Positions 55,543 to 56,615 of a DNA stretch of 56,615 nt are shown in pieces. The notes beneath the pieces are model-generated. The model was not told the origin of the DNA, ran no database searches, and saw only the letters and a program-made list of their open reading frames with translations. The stretch is from a virus (lineage: Duplodnaviria; Caudoviricetes). The first letter of the stretch is position 1. Every line of letters starts with the position of its first letter. The stretch lies in IMG/VR virus record IMGVR_UViG_3300036982_000611, positions 1-56,615 of that record; one strand, given 5' to 3'. The position numbers were made by a program, and so were the translations under genes.

Positions 55543-56349
55543 TTATCTCCCATGGTTCTCGTGGAATCCAAGTTCGATCTCAGCGTCTTTTCTGGCCTTC
55601 GCTGCGTCTTCGAGATTGTCGAACAGGCCGAGGTATTTGACTGTCCCGTTGTCGCCTATTGAGGCGTGCCACTTCTTTGCAAATTTATTCCAGTAAACCC
55701 CAGTTACTCCGGACTTGTTTGCCTTGCTTTTCCGTGCGTTCTTCAGGTTCTCTCCGTGAGTCACGTCTCTGAGATTTGCTATTCGGTTGTTCGTTCCGTC
55801 ATGGTCTATGTGGTCGACATGACCAACAGGCCAGTCACCGTAATAAAGAAGCCAAGCTAAACGATGAGACGGAATTCTGCCACCGGGGACATTTATCGAC
55901 CTGTACTTTATCCCATTGCACTTAATCTCAGAGTCAGACCTGTGAGTGTCTCCGCAAACCAGAACTGACAGCGACCCCGTGATCGGGTCGTAATTACAGT
56001 TTTCCTTCAGCCACTCAGTGTTCTTTTTTACAGACTCCTTGGCAGGATTTCTTATCAAATGGTGTGTTTTGTTTTTTTCGTAAATGCCAAGGTTACACGC
56101 CCTAAGATCCGACTTGTCGCCGTTAAGGAAAACTACCCAGTGAGAAGGTGCTTCATTGTAATGAAGAGCCCAGGCGACCCTCGCAATTGCGTACTGCTGC
56201 CCATCAACGTCTATTTTTGAAGACAGATTTCGATTTGACTTTGTCCCGGCTATTGCCCCGAGCTTCCTGCCTTTACCGCTTCTTATCCACCTGATCTCGC
56301 CTGTCGCAGGATCATATGACAGGTTTTTTCTCAGAGACTCAATGTTCAT
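55543..56349 (-). CDS. HNH-AP2 endonuclease with duplicated N-terminal module
   Basis: First HNH copy degenerate (VVFLNGDKSDLRACNL); second intact (VDHIDHDGTNNRIANLR); AP2 C-terminus. Confidence 0.9.
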   Translation of the reverse strand: MNIESLRKNLSYDPATGEIRWIRSGKGRKLGAIAGTKSNRNLSSKIDVDGQQYAIARVAWALHYNEAPSHWVVFLNGDKSDLRACNLGIYEKNKTHHLIRNPAKESVKKNTEWLKENCNYDPITGSLSVLVCGDTHRSDSEIKCNGIKYRSINVPGGRIPSHRLAWLLYYGDWPVGHVDHIDHDGTNNRIANLRDVTHGENLKNARKSKANKSGVTGVYWNKFAKKWHASIGDNGTVKYLGLFDNLEDAAKARKDAEIELGFHENHGR

Positions 56350-56488
56350 TAAGGCACCTCCTTTTGCATTGTATCGCAAACGAAGGTGTGTTAAAAGTTT
56401 TTATTTTTCGATTTTTAGACGAGAGGGGTGCCTAATGCCCCCATCGTCGCCCCTACGATTTCGTCGCGAGTTCGAGGCCGATGCGCTG

Positions 56489-56615
56489 CCGGAGGCCCGG
56501 AGGCCCGGAGGCCCGGAGGCCCGGAGGCCCGGAGGCCCGGAGGCCCGGAGGCCCGGAGGCCCGGAGGCCCGGAGGCCCGGAGGCCCGGAGGCCCGGAGGC
56601 CCGGAGGCCCGGAGG
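56489..56615. repeat. 8-bp tandem repeat (CCGGAGGC)n at right contig end
   Basis: Same unit and orientation as positions 1-127. Confidence 0.98.

Noticed and set aside
1-56615. Stop-codon reassignment, DGR/retron, or a lysogeny module
   Set aside because: Genes are full length under the standard code; no reverse transcriptase, TR/VR pair, integrase or repressor recognised

Overview
The window reads as an essentially complete ~56.5 kb tailed (siphovirus-like) phage genome. Both contig ends run into the same 8-bp tandem repeat (127 bp at each end). Host is probably a Planctomycete (inference from the CsrA homologue and the Cys/Pro-rich secreted proteins). Layout: (1) 1-14.8 kb, minus strand: early/accessory genes, GP88, several HNH-AP2 endonucleases, VRR-NUC, a UvrD-like helicase and a Prim-Pol. 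(2) 14.9-21.8 kb, plus strand: csrA, HNH, SNF2 helicase, a 2.2-kb run of small genes each delimited by a ~27-bp palindromic site, two tRNA-like/structured RNA regions and a putative ssDNA-binding protein. (3) 21.8-56.4 kb, minus strand: terminase, portal, protease/scaffold, capsid, neck, tail (with a -1 frameshift chaperone and tape measure), an 8-gene glycosylation/modification cluster, and a holin + papain-like protease + thioredoxin block with no recognisable endolysin. I recognise no integrase, repressor or family A/B DNA polymerase. Strongest leads: the cassette-like array at 17.3-19.6 kb (one cassette carries a structured RNA), probable virion glycosylation with Ser/Ala-rich tags on structural proteins, a possible protease/thioredoxin lysis module, and an origin-like insert inside the helicase ORF. 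All calls come from reading motifs by eye; no searches were run.
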